Positions 19,107-27,992 of a stretch of DNA of 64,000 nt are shown in pieces. This DNA is from Cyanobacteria bacterium P01_D01_bin.156 (GTDB lineage Bacteria > Cyanobacteriota > Cyanobacteriia > Phormidesmidales > Phormidesmidaceae): contig JBCCQQ010000025.1 of NCBI GenBank assembly GCA_039024555.1, positions 12,903-76,902 on the forward strand, read 5' to 3'. The notes beneath the pieces were generated by a model. That model was given only the letters and a program-made list of their open reading frames with translations, did not search any database and was not told where the DNA came from. Position numbers and translations under genes: made by a program. The stretch's first letter is position 1; each line of letters opens with the position of its first letter.

Positions 19107-19234
19107 ACACGCCCTGAGACTTAGTCATCGCACTAGCAAAAGTAGCGCCAGTGATCTAGTGGTCACCGTCCTTTATTAGGATAGTGCGCAATAATTTAGA
19201 AAACCATTGCGCCTCTCTAGCCCTGCCCATATCC

Positions 19235-20137
19235 ATGCTACAAACTACAGCCACCCAAACTCATTTCTGGACCTGGCAAGGCTTTTCTATCCGTTATCAA
19301 ACCAGTGGCACCCAAGGGCCACCGCTACTCCTTATCCATGGATTTGGAGCCCACAGCGACCACTGGCGCAAAAATCTTCCTGACCTGGGTCAACACCATC
19401 GTGTGTATGCTATTGACCTCATCGGTTACGGACAATCGGCCAAACCCACTCCTGGGCAGCCGCTCACCTACAGCTTCGAAACGTGGGGTCAACAGGTGAT
19501 CGACTTTTGTCAGGAAATTATTGGCGAGCCTGTTTTTCTAGTGGGCAACTCTATCGGCTGTATTGTCGCCATGCAGGCCGCTACCATGGCTCCAGATCAC
19601 GTCATGGGGCTAGTCGTTCTAGACTGTTCCCTACGTCTATTACACGATCGTAAACGGGCCACATTGCCCTGGTATCGCAGTGCACCCACGCCCTTGATTC
19701 AAGCCATCCTCAACTACAAGCCTGTGGGCAATTTCTTTTTCTCACGTCTGGCAAAACCTAAAACTCTTAAAAATATTCTGCGACAGGCCTATGGCCGTAA
19801 AGCTGAAGTCACTGACGAGCTGATTGAACTTTTACTAGCGCCTGCGCGTGATCCAGCTGCAGTAGATGTCTTTGTCGCTTTTATCAGCTACTCCCAAGGC
19901 CCCTTACCAGAAGACTTACTGCCACAGCTAACCTGCCCAGTATTGATGCTGTGGGGAGATGCCGACCCGTGGGAACCCATCGAGTTAGGACGGGAACTCA
20001 GTCACTACGATGTCGTCGAACAGTTTATATCACTCTCCGGAGTGGGCCATTGCCCCCAGGATGAAGCACCCGAGCTAGTCAATCCATTGATTACTGAATG
20101 GGTGCAGCGGAAGGCGGCTACCAACCTAGCACCATAG
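19235..20137 (+). CDS. Alpha/beta fold hydrolase
   Basis: LLIHGFG, DLIGYGQS, nucleophile GNSIG, WGDADP, GHCPQDE. Confidence 0.93.
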   Translation: MLQTTATQTHFWTWQGFSIRYQTSGTQGPPLLLIHGFGAHSDHWRKNLPDLGQHHRVYAIDLIGYGQSAKPTPGQPLTYSFETWGQQVIDFCQEIIGEPVFLVGNSIGCIVAMQAATMAPDHVMGLVVLDCSLRLLHDRKRATLPWYRSAPTPLIQAILNYKPVGNFFFSRLAKPKTLKNILRQAYGRKAEVTDELIELLLAPARDPAAVDVFVAFISYSQGPLPEDLLPQLTCPVLMLWGDADPWEPIELGRELSHYDVVEQFISLSGVGHCPQDEAPELVNPLITEWVQRKAATNLAP

Positions 20138-20215
20138 GCTGTGTAAACCGCTTTCCACCCTGCGCTTTACATGAGTTGGGACTATCGTTTCAGTCTCTAG
20201 GTCGGCAAGGCTAGA

Positions 20216-20425
20216 TTAAGTTTCCTTATTCGCAAAGTCTGCAAAGACTACTTTATTCAGACGGTTCCAGCCGTACACTGACTGACAAAATGCGACCCTC
20301 TGGTCATCAATTTCTTTGCAGTCAGTACCTTGAGCCGCGTTTTCGTCATAGATTTCCAAGGCAGCTTTTTCAGCTACTGACAATAGTGGGTAATAAACAC
20401 AATCAAGGTGAGGGTGATATTGCAA
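20216..20425 (-). CDS. Small hypothetical protein
   Basis: 69-aa TTG-start ORF in an intergenic gap with protein-like composition; no recognised motif. Confidence 0.4.
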   Translation of the reverse strand: MQYHPHLDCVYYPLLSVAEKAALEIYDENAAQGTDCKEIDDQRVAFCQSVYGWNRLNKVVFADFANKET

Positions 20426-20499
20426 TCCTCATAAGCCCCTGCCCCTGCCCACGGTCCGCCTCAAAATGCGATAATGATTAAATCGTCTGTAGTTTTCCC

Positions 20500-21990
20500 A
20501 TGTCGCCTAAACGGGTTGTTTTATCGATTTTGACGGGCCTTGTAGCGCTGGTTGTGGCCTCTTCTTTATATGAAAGTTTCTCCCAGCCCCAGGTGACGGG
20601 ACAGCTCCAGCTTTACCAAAGCAATTTACTGCTGCAGGCGTCTGAGTGGGACGAATTAGAAAGCACTGAATTTAAGCAATTGGGAACAGCACTGCTGGGA
20701 GCTAAACCCTTAGCAGCCGTCACCAAACAATATGAATCGGTGCGTAAAGAAGCGGTGGCCGGAGTGGCGCGATCGCAAAAACAACTCAAGACCCAAGACG
20801 ATATTCCTGATACTAAAACAGCACAGCTAAACAAAGCAATTAACCAACAGCAGCAGCTCATTGACGATATTGATCTCAAGCTAGGAATTATCGCTACACA
20901 ACAAAATAATATTGATGGTGCTCAGCAACGTTGGCAGACAATCGCTAACGAAGAGCGTAGTTCGACAGACTTAGCCAACATACTGTTAGGATTGTGGGCC
21001 AGCCCTCCAACCATTACCCCTACAGCTGAATCAACCATCAGCGAGCAGCTCAACGGCTGGTTTCAATATCGAGTATTAGAACAGCTTTATAGCTTGGACA
21101 ATCGTTCTATAGACCTGACAAAACTCAATGGACAAGAGCAAACCGCCGCTCAATCTCAGCTGGTTAAACTAGCCGCCGTTGGCACTATGCCTGTATTGGG
21201 CTGCATTATCGGGGTTGGGGTCCTGATTTTTCTGGGTGTGCAGTGGTTTACGCAACGAGATAAATCTCTGATTGGCCAAGCCAGTGCACCCTGGGAAGTC
21301 CCCTGGGATGGCGAAATTATTTGGCAGGTATTGATTGTAGGTTTTTTCTTCGTAGGGCAGCTGTTACTACCATTTTTGCTGCAGCTATCGGGCTTAAGCT
21401 TTTCAGCTAGCAGCAGCCGTGGTCGTGCCCTCTACTCTATGATCTTTTATTTACTGATGTCCGCCAGTGGCATTGCTGTACTTGTGGGTTCCATTTGGTC
21501 TTTTCGCCCTTTGCCAAAAGGATGGTTCCAAGTAAAGCTGTTAGACCGCTGGCCACTATGGGGGGCGGGCGGATATTTGGTCGCGCTGCCATTAATGATT
21601 GCGATCTCAGCCCTGAATCAACAAATTTGGCAAGGGCAGGGAGGCAATAACCCCCTGCTTCAGACAGTTTTACAGGAGAACGATACTGTTGCGCTCCTAC
21701 TGTTTTTCTTAACCGCTGCTGTGGCCGCTCCGTTATTTGAAGAGATTCTATTTCGGGGATTTTTACTCCCTTCTCTCACCCGCTATATGCCTGTCTGGGG
21801 AGCTATTCTGCTAAGCAGTTTTATTTTTGCAGCAGCCCATTTAAGCCTATCGGAAGTAATACCGCTGACATTATTAGGTGCAATTCTAGCTTGGGTCTAC
21901 ACGCGATCGCGCAATCTACTCTCACCTATGTTGATCCATAGCCTGTGGAACAGTGCAACGCTTGTAGGACTGTTCTTGTTGGGTAGTTAA
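20500..21990 (+). CDS. CPBP/Abi (type II CAAX) intramembrane glutamic endopeptidase
   Basis: APLFEEILFRG, FAAAH, HSLWN motifs; multiple TM segments. Confidence 0.92.
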   Translation: MSPKRVVLSILTGLVALVVASSLYESFSQPQVTGQLQLYQSNLLLQASEWDELESTEFKQLGTALLGAKPLAAVTKQYESVRKEAVAGVARSQKQLKTQDDIPDTKTAQLNKAINQQQQLIDDIDLKLGIIATQQNNIDGAQQRWQTIANEERSSTDLANILLGLWASPPTITPTAESTISEQLNGWFQYRVLEQLYSLDNRSIDLTKLNGQEQTAAQSQLVKLAAVGTMPVLGCIIGVGVLIFLGVQWFTQRDKSLIGQASAPWEVPWDGEIIWQVLIVGFFFVGQLLLPFLLQLSGLSFSASSSRGRALYSMIFYLLMSASGIAVLVGSIWSFRPLPKGWFQVKLLDRWPLWGAGGYLVALPLMIAISALNQQIWQGQGGNNPLLQTVLQENDTVALLLFFLTAAVAAPLFEEILFRGFLLPSLTRYMPVWGAILLSSFIFAAAHLSLSEVIPLTLLGAILAWVYTRSRNLLSPMLIHSLWNSATLVGLFLLGS

Positions 21991-22352
21991 TCTCTTTCTG
22001 TTGATCAAGATAGGCGTTGCTGATTTTCAGAATAGTTAGTGTTTCCCAAGCCTGTGTTTTAGAAGATTGTATGAAGCTTTCATTCTCTAAGTCGGTAAGC
22101 CTATGAAATAGGCTGTCTTCTAGGCCGGCTCAATCACACCACAACGCTTTCAGGTAATTCTCAGCTAGTCTTCATTTCCGTTACAAAGTTCTCAGTCATT
22201 TCTCAAATCTAGCTCAGCGCAAAATTACGAGCCACCTCAACAATTCTTACGAGGGGGTGGCTTGTTGCGTCGGGCATCTCTGGGCATCTCTTTATTTGAG
22301 AGTGTCCGGGCGATCGGCCCACTGATTTTCACTGAAGTCTTATCACTTATAT

Positions 22353-23207
22353 ATGAATAAGTTTTCTGTTTGTTCCCATCGTGTAGCTCTGGGTGCTGCC
22401 ATGACGTTGGGAACTGTAATGGCAATGGCGACGGCAGCATCGGCTGCTACGCTGCGGGTGACTGTCGATAACCTGGCACCCACCAACGGTAGTCTGCTTA
22501 CTCCGGCTTGGGTGGGCTTCCACGATGGGAGCTTTGACTTGTACAACCTGGGTGAATCCCTAGATGCGTTTCCCGGCGTTGAGGAACTGGTAGAAGATGG
22601 TAACAATGCACCTCTAACAGAAGCATTTGCAGCAAGTAACCCCACCGGGGTTCAAGGTACGTTATCGAGTGAAGGACCACCGCCGCTAGAAGTGGGCGAG
22701 TCTACCAGCTTTTTGTTTGAAGTCGATTCTAGTAATCGCTATTTTAGCTATGCATCAATGGTGCTGCCTAGTAATGATGCATTTATTGCTAACGGTAATC
22801 AGCTGGCCCATGAGATTTTTGACGATGCCGGTAATTTCCTAGGAGCCGACTTTATCGTCTTTGGTTCTGAAGTCAATGATGGCGGGACTGAAGTCAATGA
22901 TGAACTTGCGTCTAGTACAGCTTTCTTAGGGCAGGCCGCTCCCAACACGGGTACTGAGGAAAATGGTGTGGTCACTCTGCACCCTGGATTTATTCCTGGC
23001 GGACGTATCTTAAGTACAACAGATTCCAGTCCGTTTAATGGGTTACCTCTAAACTTCACTGGTGCTGACTTTACTGCACCTGACTATCAGGTGGCTCGTT
23101 TCCGGGTGGAGCTTGTGGAAGATGTTCCTGAACCTGGTACTATTTTTGGCCTTCTGGCAGTCGGTGGGATGGTTGTAGCTAACCGTAAGCGCAAGCAGAC
23201 TGCTTAA
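22353..23207 (+). CDS. Spondin_N-domain PEP-CTERM surface protein
   Basis: Signal peptide; LTPAWVGFHDG, EDG, ASMVLPSNDAF, DGGTE (spondin-like); C-terminal VPEPGTIFGLLAVGG..RKRK sorting signal. Confidence 0.9.
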   Translation: MNKFSVCSHRVALGAAMTLGTVMAMATAASAATLRVTVDNLAPTNGSLLTPAWVGFHDGSFDLYNLGESLDAFPGVEELVEDGNNAPLTEAFAASNPTGVQGTLSSEGPPPLEVGESTSFLFEVDSSNRYFSYASMVLPSNDAFIANGNQLAHEIFDDAGNFLGADFIVFGSEVNDGGTEVNDELASSTAFLGQAAPNTGTEENGVVTLHPGFIPGGRILSTTDSSPFNGLPLNFTGADFTAPDYQVARFRVELVEDVPEPGTIFGLLAVGGMVVANRKRKQTA

Positions 23208-23259
23208 CAAGCGCTACTTAAATACGGCAAAAACTCAAGCCAAACTGAACATATTTTAG

Positions 23260-23284
23260 AGAGAACCTAGGTTCTCTTTTTTTT
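23260..23284 (+). terminator. Intrinsic terminator of the PEP-CTERM gene
   Basis: AGAGAACCTAGGTTCTCT palindrome followed by a T run. Confidence 0.75.
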
Positions 23285-23429
23285 ATTGCTGGTTTGCAAC
23301 AGAGTATCGGAAGAGATTTCATACCAACTAACGTAATGCTTGTTAGCTGACTTGGAGCATCCCATCAAACCGAGAAGTTGAGGCCAAGACTGAATTCGGG
23401 ATCCTAAATTTGAAAGTCACAAAGGGAGG

Positions 23430-23464
23430 GCATTCCGAACTCCGCATTCAGAATTCCGAACTCT
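23430..23464. repeat. Heptameric short tandem repeat (STRR-like), related to 6316-6350
   Basis: GCATTCC GAACTCC GCATTCA GAATTCC GAACTCT. Confidence 0.65.
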
Positions 23465-23545
23465 AAATTTCTGAAACAATCATCCCATATTGCCTGGGTA
23501 CTCGTCACTGACGTCAATAGCTGAGTAACTACTCATTTGATTTTG

Positions 23546-23570
23546 CATCCACTCTAGCCCGACAGCCGTA
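23546..23570 (+). promoter_or_regulatory. Putative ECF autoregulatory promoter CATCC-N16-CGTA (leaderless)
   Basis: CATCC 23546-23550, CGTA 23567-23570, only 6 nt before ATG 23577; a second similar site CATCC-N17-CGTC at 23481-23506. Confidence 0.55.
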
Positions 23571-23576
23571 TAGCTA

Positions 23577-24188
23577 ATGAACCTGATTAATGGCGTTGTG
23601 ACTCAGGCATTAGATGAAACAACTGTGATAGAGCATGAAGCCGATGGGGCTGTAGTGGCTCGGCTATGGGAAGGGGATGTGTCCGCCCTGGGCATTCTCT
23701 ATGATCGTTATGGAAATCTGGTGTATGGTGTTGCGCTCAAGGGGTTACGACGCGTGACTGAAGCGGAAGATTTAACTCAGGAGATATTTCTGAGTTTGAT
23801 GCGCACACGGTCTTACAATCCTCGTCGTGGTTCTCTAGCAGGCTATTTGACTACTCTAACGCGATCGCGAGTCATTGATCGTTTAAGGGCTCAGTCTACT
23901 CAGCACAAGTATTTAAAGCGATGGCAACAGCGGCAATCTACTCTTGATGAAATCACGCCCATGAAACATGTTACTCAGCAGGAACATCGAACTTTGGTGC
24001 GTCAGGCGCTGACAACCCTCAAAACGCAACAGCGACAGGTTTTGGAACTGAGCTACTACGAAGGACAATCGCAGCGCGATATTGCTGCAAACCTGGGAGT
24101 CCCTTTAGGAACAGTGAAAAGCTGGGCCAGACGTGGATTAGTACAGCTACGCAAACAACTGGATGTGCTACGGGAGGATTTGTCATGA
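23577..24188 (+). CDS. ECF sigma-70 factor (SigK-like)
   Basis: LYDRY, AEDLTQEIFL, YNPRRGS, RSRVIDRLR, LSYYEGQSQRDIA..LGVPLGTVKSWARRGL. Confidence 0.94.
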   Translation: MNLINGVVTQALDETTVIEHEADGAVVARLWEGDVSALGILYDRYGNLVYGVALKGLRRVTEAEDLTQEIFLSLMRTRSYNPRRGSLAGYLTTLTRSRVIDRLRAQSTQHKYLKRWQQRQSTLDEITPMKHVTQQEHRTLVRQALTTLKTQQRQVLELSYYEGQSQRDIAANLGVPLGTVKSWARRGLVQLRKQLDVLREDLS

Positions 24189-25042
24189 CAACACCCATGT
24201 CTCCTCAAGAGATACAGGAGCTTGCAGCCGGGTATGTACTAGGCGATTTAACCTCAGCTGAGGCCGCAACCTTCAAAACCTTGCTCGCCACCATGCCAGA
24301 ACTGCAGACAGAGGTTGCTGCCCTACAGGAAGCTCTGGCCATGATGCCTTATGGATTAGACGAGGTGAAGCCAGGTGGGGCATTGCGATCGCAAATTCTA
24401 TCAACCGCTCAAGTTGAACTATCTCCAGTCTTGCCACGTGTTTCTAAAGCACCCGGGGCAGCACCCCGACGCCCCCGGGCGATCAGCACTGTAGCAGCAG
24501 GACTGGCTCTTATATGTGGTCTGACCGCTCTATACCTCAACAGCCAAATGCGCCTATTACAGGCGCAGCGACCTCTTCAACCAGGGGTAAGCACCAGCTT
24601 CCAACAACCCTGGTCTGGGCTGAGCCAAATCTTAGACGACCACCGGCGCTCCATGAGTAATCCTGAAGGTCCGGTAGACTTTGTTGTACAACAGCCAGCC
24701 GATATCCTGAACCTGCTGAAAGGCTTTCATACAACCGTTGCAGCTCTACCCTTGATTCCTTCAAAGCAGGGAATGTTGTTAGGGGGCAGTAACTGTCAGC
24801 TAGGCGATACCCCAGGGCTACGTCTAACCTACCAACTAAACACGAATCAAACTCTCTCCGCCTATCAGCTAGCCTTAGAAGCTGAGGAGTTTCCTGAATT
24901 TCAGTCTGCACAACTCACATTACAACAACCTGATGGTACTGGCGTTGTTCTTTGGCGTGATGACAGTTATCTCTATGCTCTGGTGGCAGAGATACCGACT
25001 GCTGAGCTGCAAAGCTTAGCCTATGCCATTACTGGCACATAA
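24185..25042 (+). CDS. Transmembrane anti-sigma factor
   Basis: RskA-like N-terminus (ELAAGYVLGDLTSAE..F), one TM segment, extracytoplasmic domain with LLGGSNCQL; overlaps the sigma stop codon (ATGA). Confidence 0.88.
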   Translation: MTTPMSPQEIQELAAGYVLGDLTSAEAATFKTLLATMPELQTEVAALQEALAMMPYGLDEVKPGGALRSQILSTAQVELSPVLPRVSKAPGAAPRRPRAISTVAAGLALICGLTALYLNSQMRLLQAQRPLQPGVSTSFQQPWSGLSQILDDHRRSMSNPEGPVDFVVQQPADILNLLKGFHTTVAALPLIPSKQGMLLGGSNCQLGDTPGLRLTYQLNTNQTLSAYQLALEAEEFPEFQSAQLTLQQPDGTGVVLWRDDSYLYALVAEIPTAELQSLAYAITGT

Positions 25043-25066
25043 TTCATTCACAAACACTTATTACAA

Positions 25067-25942
25067 ATGGCACGTAAACATAAACAACCTACGACTTGGC
25101 TCCATCGTTATTCTCGTCACATTATCACTGGTATTTCTGCCGCTGGTTTGTTGTTAGCCATTGGCTGTGTGACAAAAGGCAATAGTGCTTTGGCCAGTAG
25201 TGCCTATGTTCAACTGGGAGGACTGTCACTACCCCTATTGGGTGCAATCTCATATTTGCTCATGGGTAGTCTGGCCATTGGTCCTGTACTTGCCAAAAAG
25301 AAGTCTCTTGAAAGTCCCACCTGGCTAGGGTTATTCATTGGCAGTACCGCTATGACCATTTTTAGCGGATACCTCCTGTACATTATGTTTGCCGTATTGC
25401 AGGAACCATGCTTTATCTGCATACTATCTGCTGGTCTTGCCTTAAGTCTGTGGGTCATCACTCTCATGGGCAACCAATGGGAAAGTCTTGGGCAACTACT
25501 ATTGCCAGGTATTGGTGTTGCCTTGGCAGCCGTTATTGCGACTTCAGGATTGTATGCCTATGCTCAAAATCCTGAAACATTTACCGCCGGCAATCCTCCA
25601 CCTGTTGTAGAGACCGAATCCAGTATTTCAGAAATTGAACTGGCTAAGCACCTAAACGCTATAGGTGCCAAAAAATATGGTGCCTGGTGGTGCCCCCACT
25701 GTCACGCCCAACAAACTCTCTTTGGCAAGCAAGCATTTAAGCACATTAGCTATGTAGAGTGCGACGAAGAAGGTATTGAGCCCAACCCTAATGCTTGCCG
25801 CGCTGCGGGTGTACAAAGCTATCCCACCTGGGAAATCAATGGCAAAACATATGCTGGCGTGCAATCCTTACAATCACTAGCAGCGGTTTCAGGCTACACG
25901 GGGCCTCAAAAGTTTGTCCATCAGTCATCAGAACATCAGTAG
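25067..25942 (+). CDS. VKOR-thioredoxin fusion (DsbB/DsbA-like disulfide catalyst), variant
   Basis: VKOR active site C-F-I-C; thioredoxin YGAWWCPHC, YVEC, C..AGVQSYPTW. Confidence 0.9.
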   Translation: MARKHKQPTTWLHRYSRHIITGISAAGLLLAIGCVTKGNSALASSAYVQLGGLSLPLLGAISYLLMGSLAIGPVLAKKKSLESPTWLGLFIGSTAMTIFSGYLLYIMFAVLQEPCFICILSAGLALSLWVITLMGNQWESLGQLLLPGIGVALAAVIATSGLYAYAQNPETFTAGNPPPVVETESSISEIELAKHLNAIGAKKYGAWWCPHCHAQQTLFGKQAFKHISYVECDEEGIEPNPNACRAAGVQSYPTWEINGKTYAGVQSLQSLAAVSGYTGPQKFVHQSSEHQ

Positions 25943-26107
25943 GTAGCCCATCTTCCCTCTGTTTTCCAGACTGTTTGCACTATTCATGAGGAATATTTCA
26001 CACAGCTATTCCTTGCCCTGACGTCATAGGGGTAGATGTGTATGTATTAACAGCAATCCGACCCCAGCAATGGGAGTCGGGTTTAATCTGTGATTTTCAG
26101 TAACTTC

Positions 26108-26875
26108 ATGCGTTGCCCCCAGTGCAAACATCCTTCGGTCCAAAAATGCGAAACCAAGTTTAAGATCTTTCCACCCTATCAATGCCAGAAGTGTCAGCGC
26201 ATTTTTTACCCATCCGTAAAACGTACTAGGCAGTGGATATTGGGAATCGTGGTGGTGGCGGGGCTATCTCCCTGGTGGGTCAACTGGACACTGCGTCTCC
26301 TGACTACGCAGTCAGACAATGGTGAGCCCGTAGATGCCATCGTTGTTCTAGGCCGTGGAAACGGCTATAACCAGCGTCGAGCAGAAGCCGCTGTCAAGCT
26401 ATGGCAAGACGGTCGTGCCCCCTACATTTTTATGAGTGGTGCCAGAGATGCCCCCATCCTAGTCAATATAGCCAAGGAAATGGGCGTACCAGATGCTAAT
26501 GTTGGCGGCGAAGCCTGTGCCGCCACTACATGGGACAATGCATTCTACACACAGCGATACATGCCATTAGAGAAAGCAGCCCTCTACAAACCTAAAATTT
26601 TACTAGTCACTGATGGGCTGCACACTGGCCGCTCTACTCTGGTGTATCGCAATTTTGGGTTTGATGTGATTAACCATCCAGTCAAATTAGAGTTTTCACA
26701 ATGGCGCGAACATATCAAGCGTGAATTTCTGGCAATTATGTACTATGCCAAAACCAAGCAACTGTTACCTCCAAAACTGGAAGACTATAAACGTGCTGAA
26801 GTAATTGCAGAAAAGAGAGTTATCGATTGGCAATGCCTTGATATGGAGCAAGCTTTCGTACCTGACAATCGGTAA
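26108..26875 (+). CDS. YdcF/DUF218 family protein with N-terminal zinc ribbon
   Basis: CPQC...CQKC, TM segment, then DAIVVLGRG, MSG, E..AATTWDNA, LVTDGLH.GRS. Confidence 0.85.
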   Translation: MRCPQCKHPSVQKCETKFKIFPPYQCQKCQRIFYPSVKRTRQWILGIVVVAGLSPWWVNWTLRLLTTQSDNGEPVDAIVVLGRGNGYNQRRAEAAVKLWQDGRAPYIFMSGARDAPILVNIAKEMGVPDANVGGEACAATTWDNAFYTQRYMPLEKAALYKPKILLVTDGLHTGRSTLVYRNFGFDVINHPVKLEFSQWREHIKREFLAIMYYAKTKQLLPPKLEDYKRAEVIAEKRVIDWQCLDMEQAFVPDNR

Positions 26876-27066
26876 ATGCGCACATGATTCACACTATCAA
26901 GCGAATGCTGAGGGCGAAAAAGATAGCAGCGATACTCACAGTCAACTGCTTCAGTAGTTCATCACAGTAACAAAGTTACAGTTACTGATTGAAGAGAGAG
27001 ATAAATCCGCCTCTTCAAGGTAGAGGAATGACAGGCTATCAAACCATCAACAGATGGAGTAATTGT

Positions 27067-27225
27067 TCAACGCTTACGGGAAGACTTTCGGATGATAATA
27101 ATATCGCCATCTTGCTCTCCTGAATCCTTAGACCGCTTTTGATTAGGAGATTGGCTAGCGCCAACACCCTGCGTCATCAGGAATAGCAAGACAAAAGGCA
27201 ATGAGATAAAGAGAATGGGAGGCAT
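27067..27225 (-). CDS. Putative 52-aa small protein (below the ORF-track cut-off)
   Basis: MPPILFISLPFVLLFLMTQGVGASQSPNQKRSKDSGEQDGDIIIIRKSSRKR; hydrophobic N-terminus; lies in an otherwise empty ~740-bp gap. Confidence 0.5.
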   Translation of the reverse strand: MPPILFISLPFVLLFLMTQGVGASQSPNQKRSKDSGEQDGDIIIIRKSSRKR

Positions 27226-27552
27226 GATTTGGATCTCTGATAAAACACCAGCAAATAAAACATTTGCTTAGCTGAAAGCCCAGGGAGCAGATTGACTGAC
27301 TCCCTTTAACCTCAATGTAGTACGTAATTAGATCTACCGAGACGGTAGCAGACAGTTATACAATTGGCCTAGAAATTTCAGTCAAACTACGTATGGCCTG
27401 ATGAAGCGTGCAGACATTGTAGCTGAATAAGTATGAGCAAATCTTTCTTGTAACGATTGTATGGGTGATACACCCACTGCTGTCATTGAGCGCACAGAGT
27501 AGACAACGCTAAGCTTTTGGCATATCAACAAAATATTACTTTGAATCATAAA

Positions 27553-27594
27553 ACAGGTAGGCTGAGGTTGTTAGTCAAACCTCAGCCTACCTGT
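27553..27594 (-). terminator. Terminator of the PTOX-pentapeptide operon
   Basis: 17-bp perfect stem ACAGGTAGGCTGAGGTT/AACCTCAGCCTACCTGT; T run on the minus strand. Confidence 0.75.
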
Positions 27595-27617
27595 CAGTTA
27601 TTGAGACAATACTCTCT

Positions 27618-27989
27618 TCAGTGAGCAACCTGAACAGAATTCATCGGTACCTGGTGCGGATCAAACGTCTCTGGGAAGAGGGTACTGCCGAGCACGAAGT
27701 CAGCCGCACGTAAATCAGTACCCTGCAAATTTGTCTCGCGTAGATCCGTACCAATCAGCATAGCCCCACGCAGGTCCGCATTTCGCAAATCCACATTGCT
27801 CAGTTTGGCATAGCTCAGATCTGCCCCACGCAGGTTTGCTTGACTCAGATCAACGTTGCTTAGCTCGCCATAGCTCAGATCTGCACCTTTAAGATCCGCA
27901 TGACTAAGATTCACATTAGCTAGGGATACACCAGCAAAGTTACGCTGACCGTGCTCATAGTTTTGCAAGAGTGTTGTAGTTTCAGACAT
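27618..27989 (-). CDS. Pentapeptide repeat protein
   Basis: YEHGQRNF N-cap followed by A(D/N)Lxx repeats. Confidence 0.93.
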   Translation of the reverse strand: MSETTTLLQNYEHGQRNFAGVSLANVNLSHADLKGADLSYGELSNVDLSQANLRGADLSYAKLSNVDLRNADLRGAMLIGTDLRETNLQGTDLRAADFVLGSTLFPETFDPHQVPMNSVQVAH

Positions 27990-27992
27990 AAT

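Noticed and set aside
23318..23390. ATACCAA-starting segments at ~23321, ~33969 and ~50778 as a MITE family
   Set aside because: Only the first ~7 nt are shared, and matching right ends are not convincing.
27324..27337. GTA-N8-TAC match (NtcA-like box)
   Set aside because: A 6-base pattern expected several times by chance, and no TAN3T -10 element at the canonical ~22-nt distance toward the small ORF.
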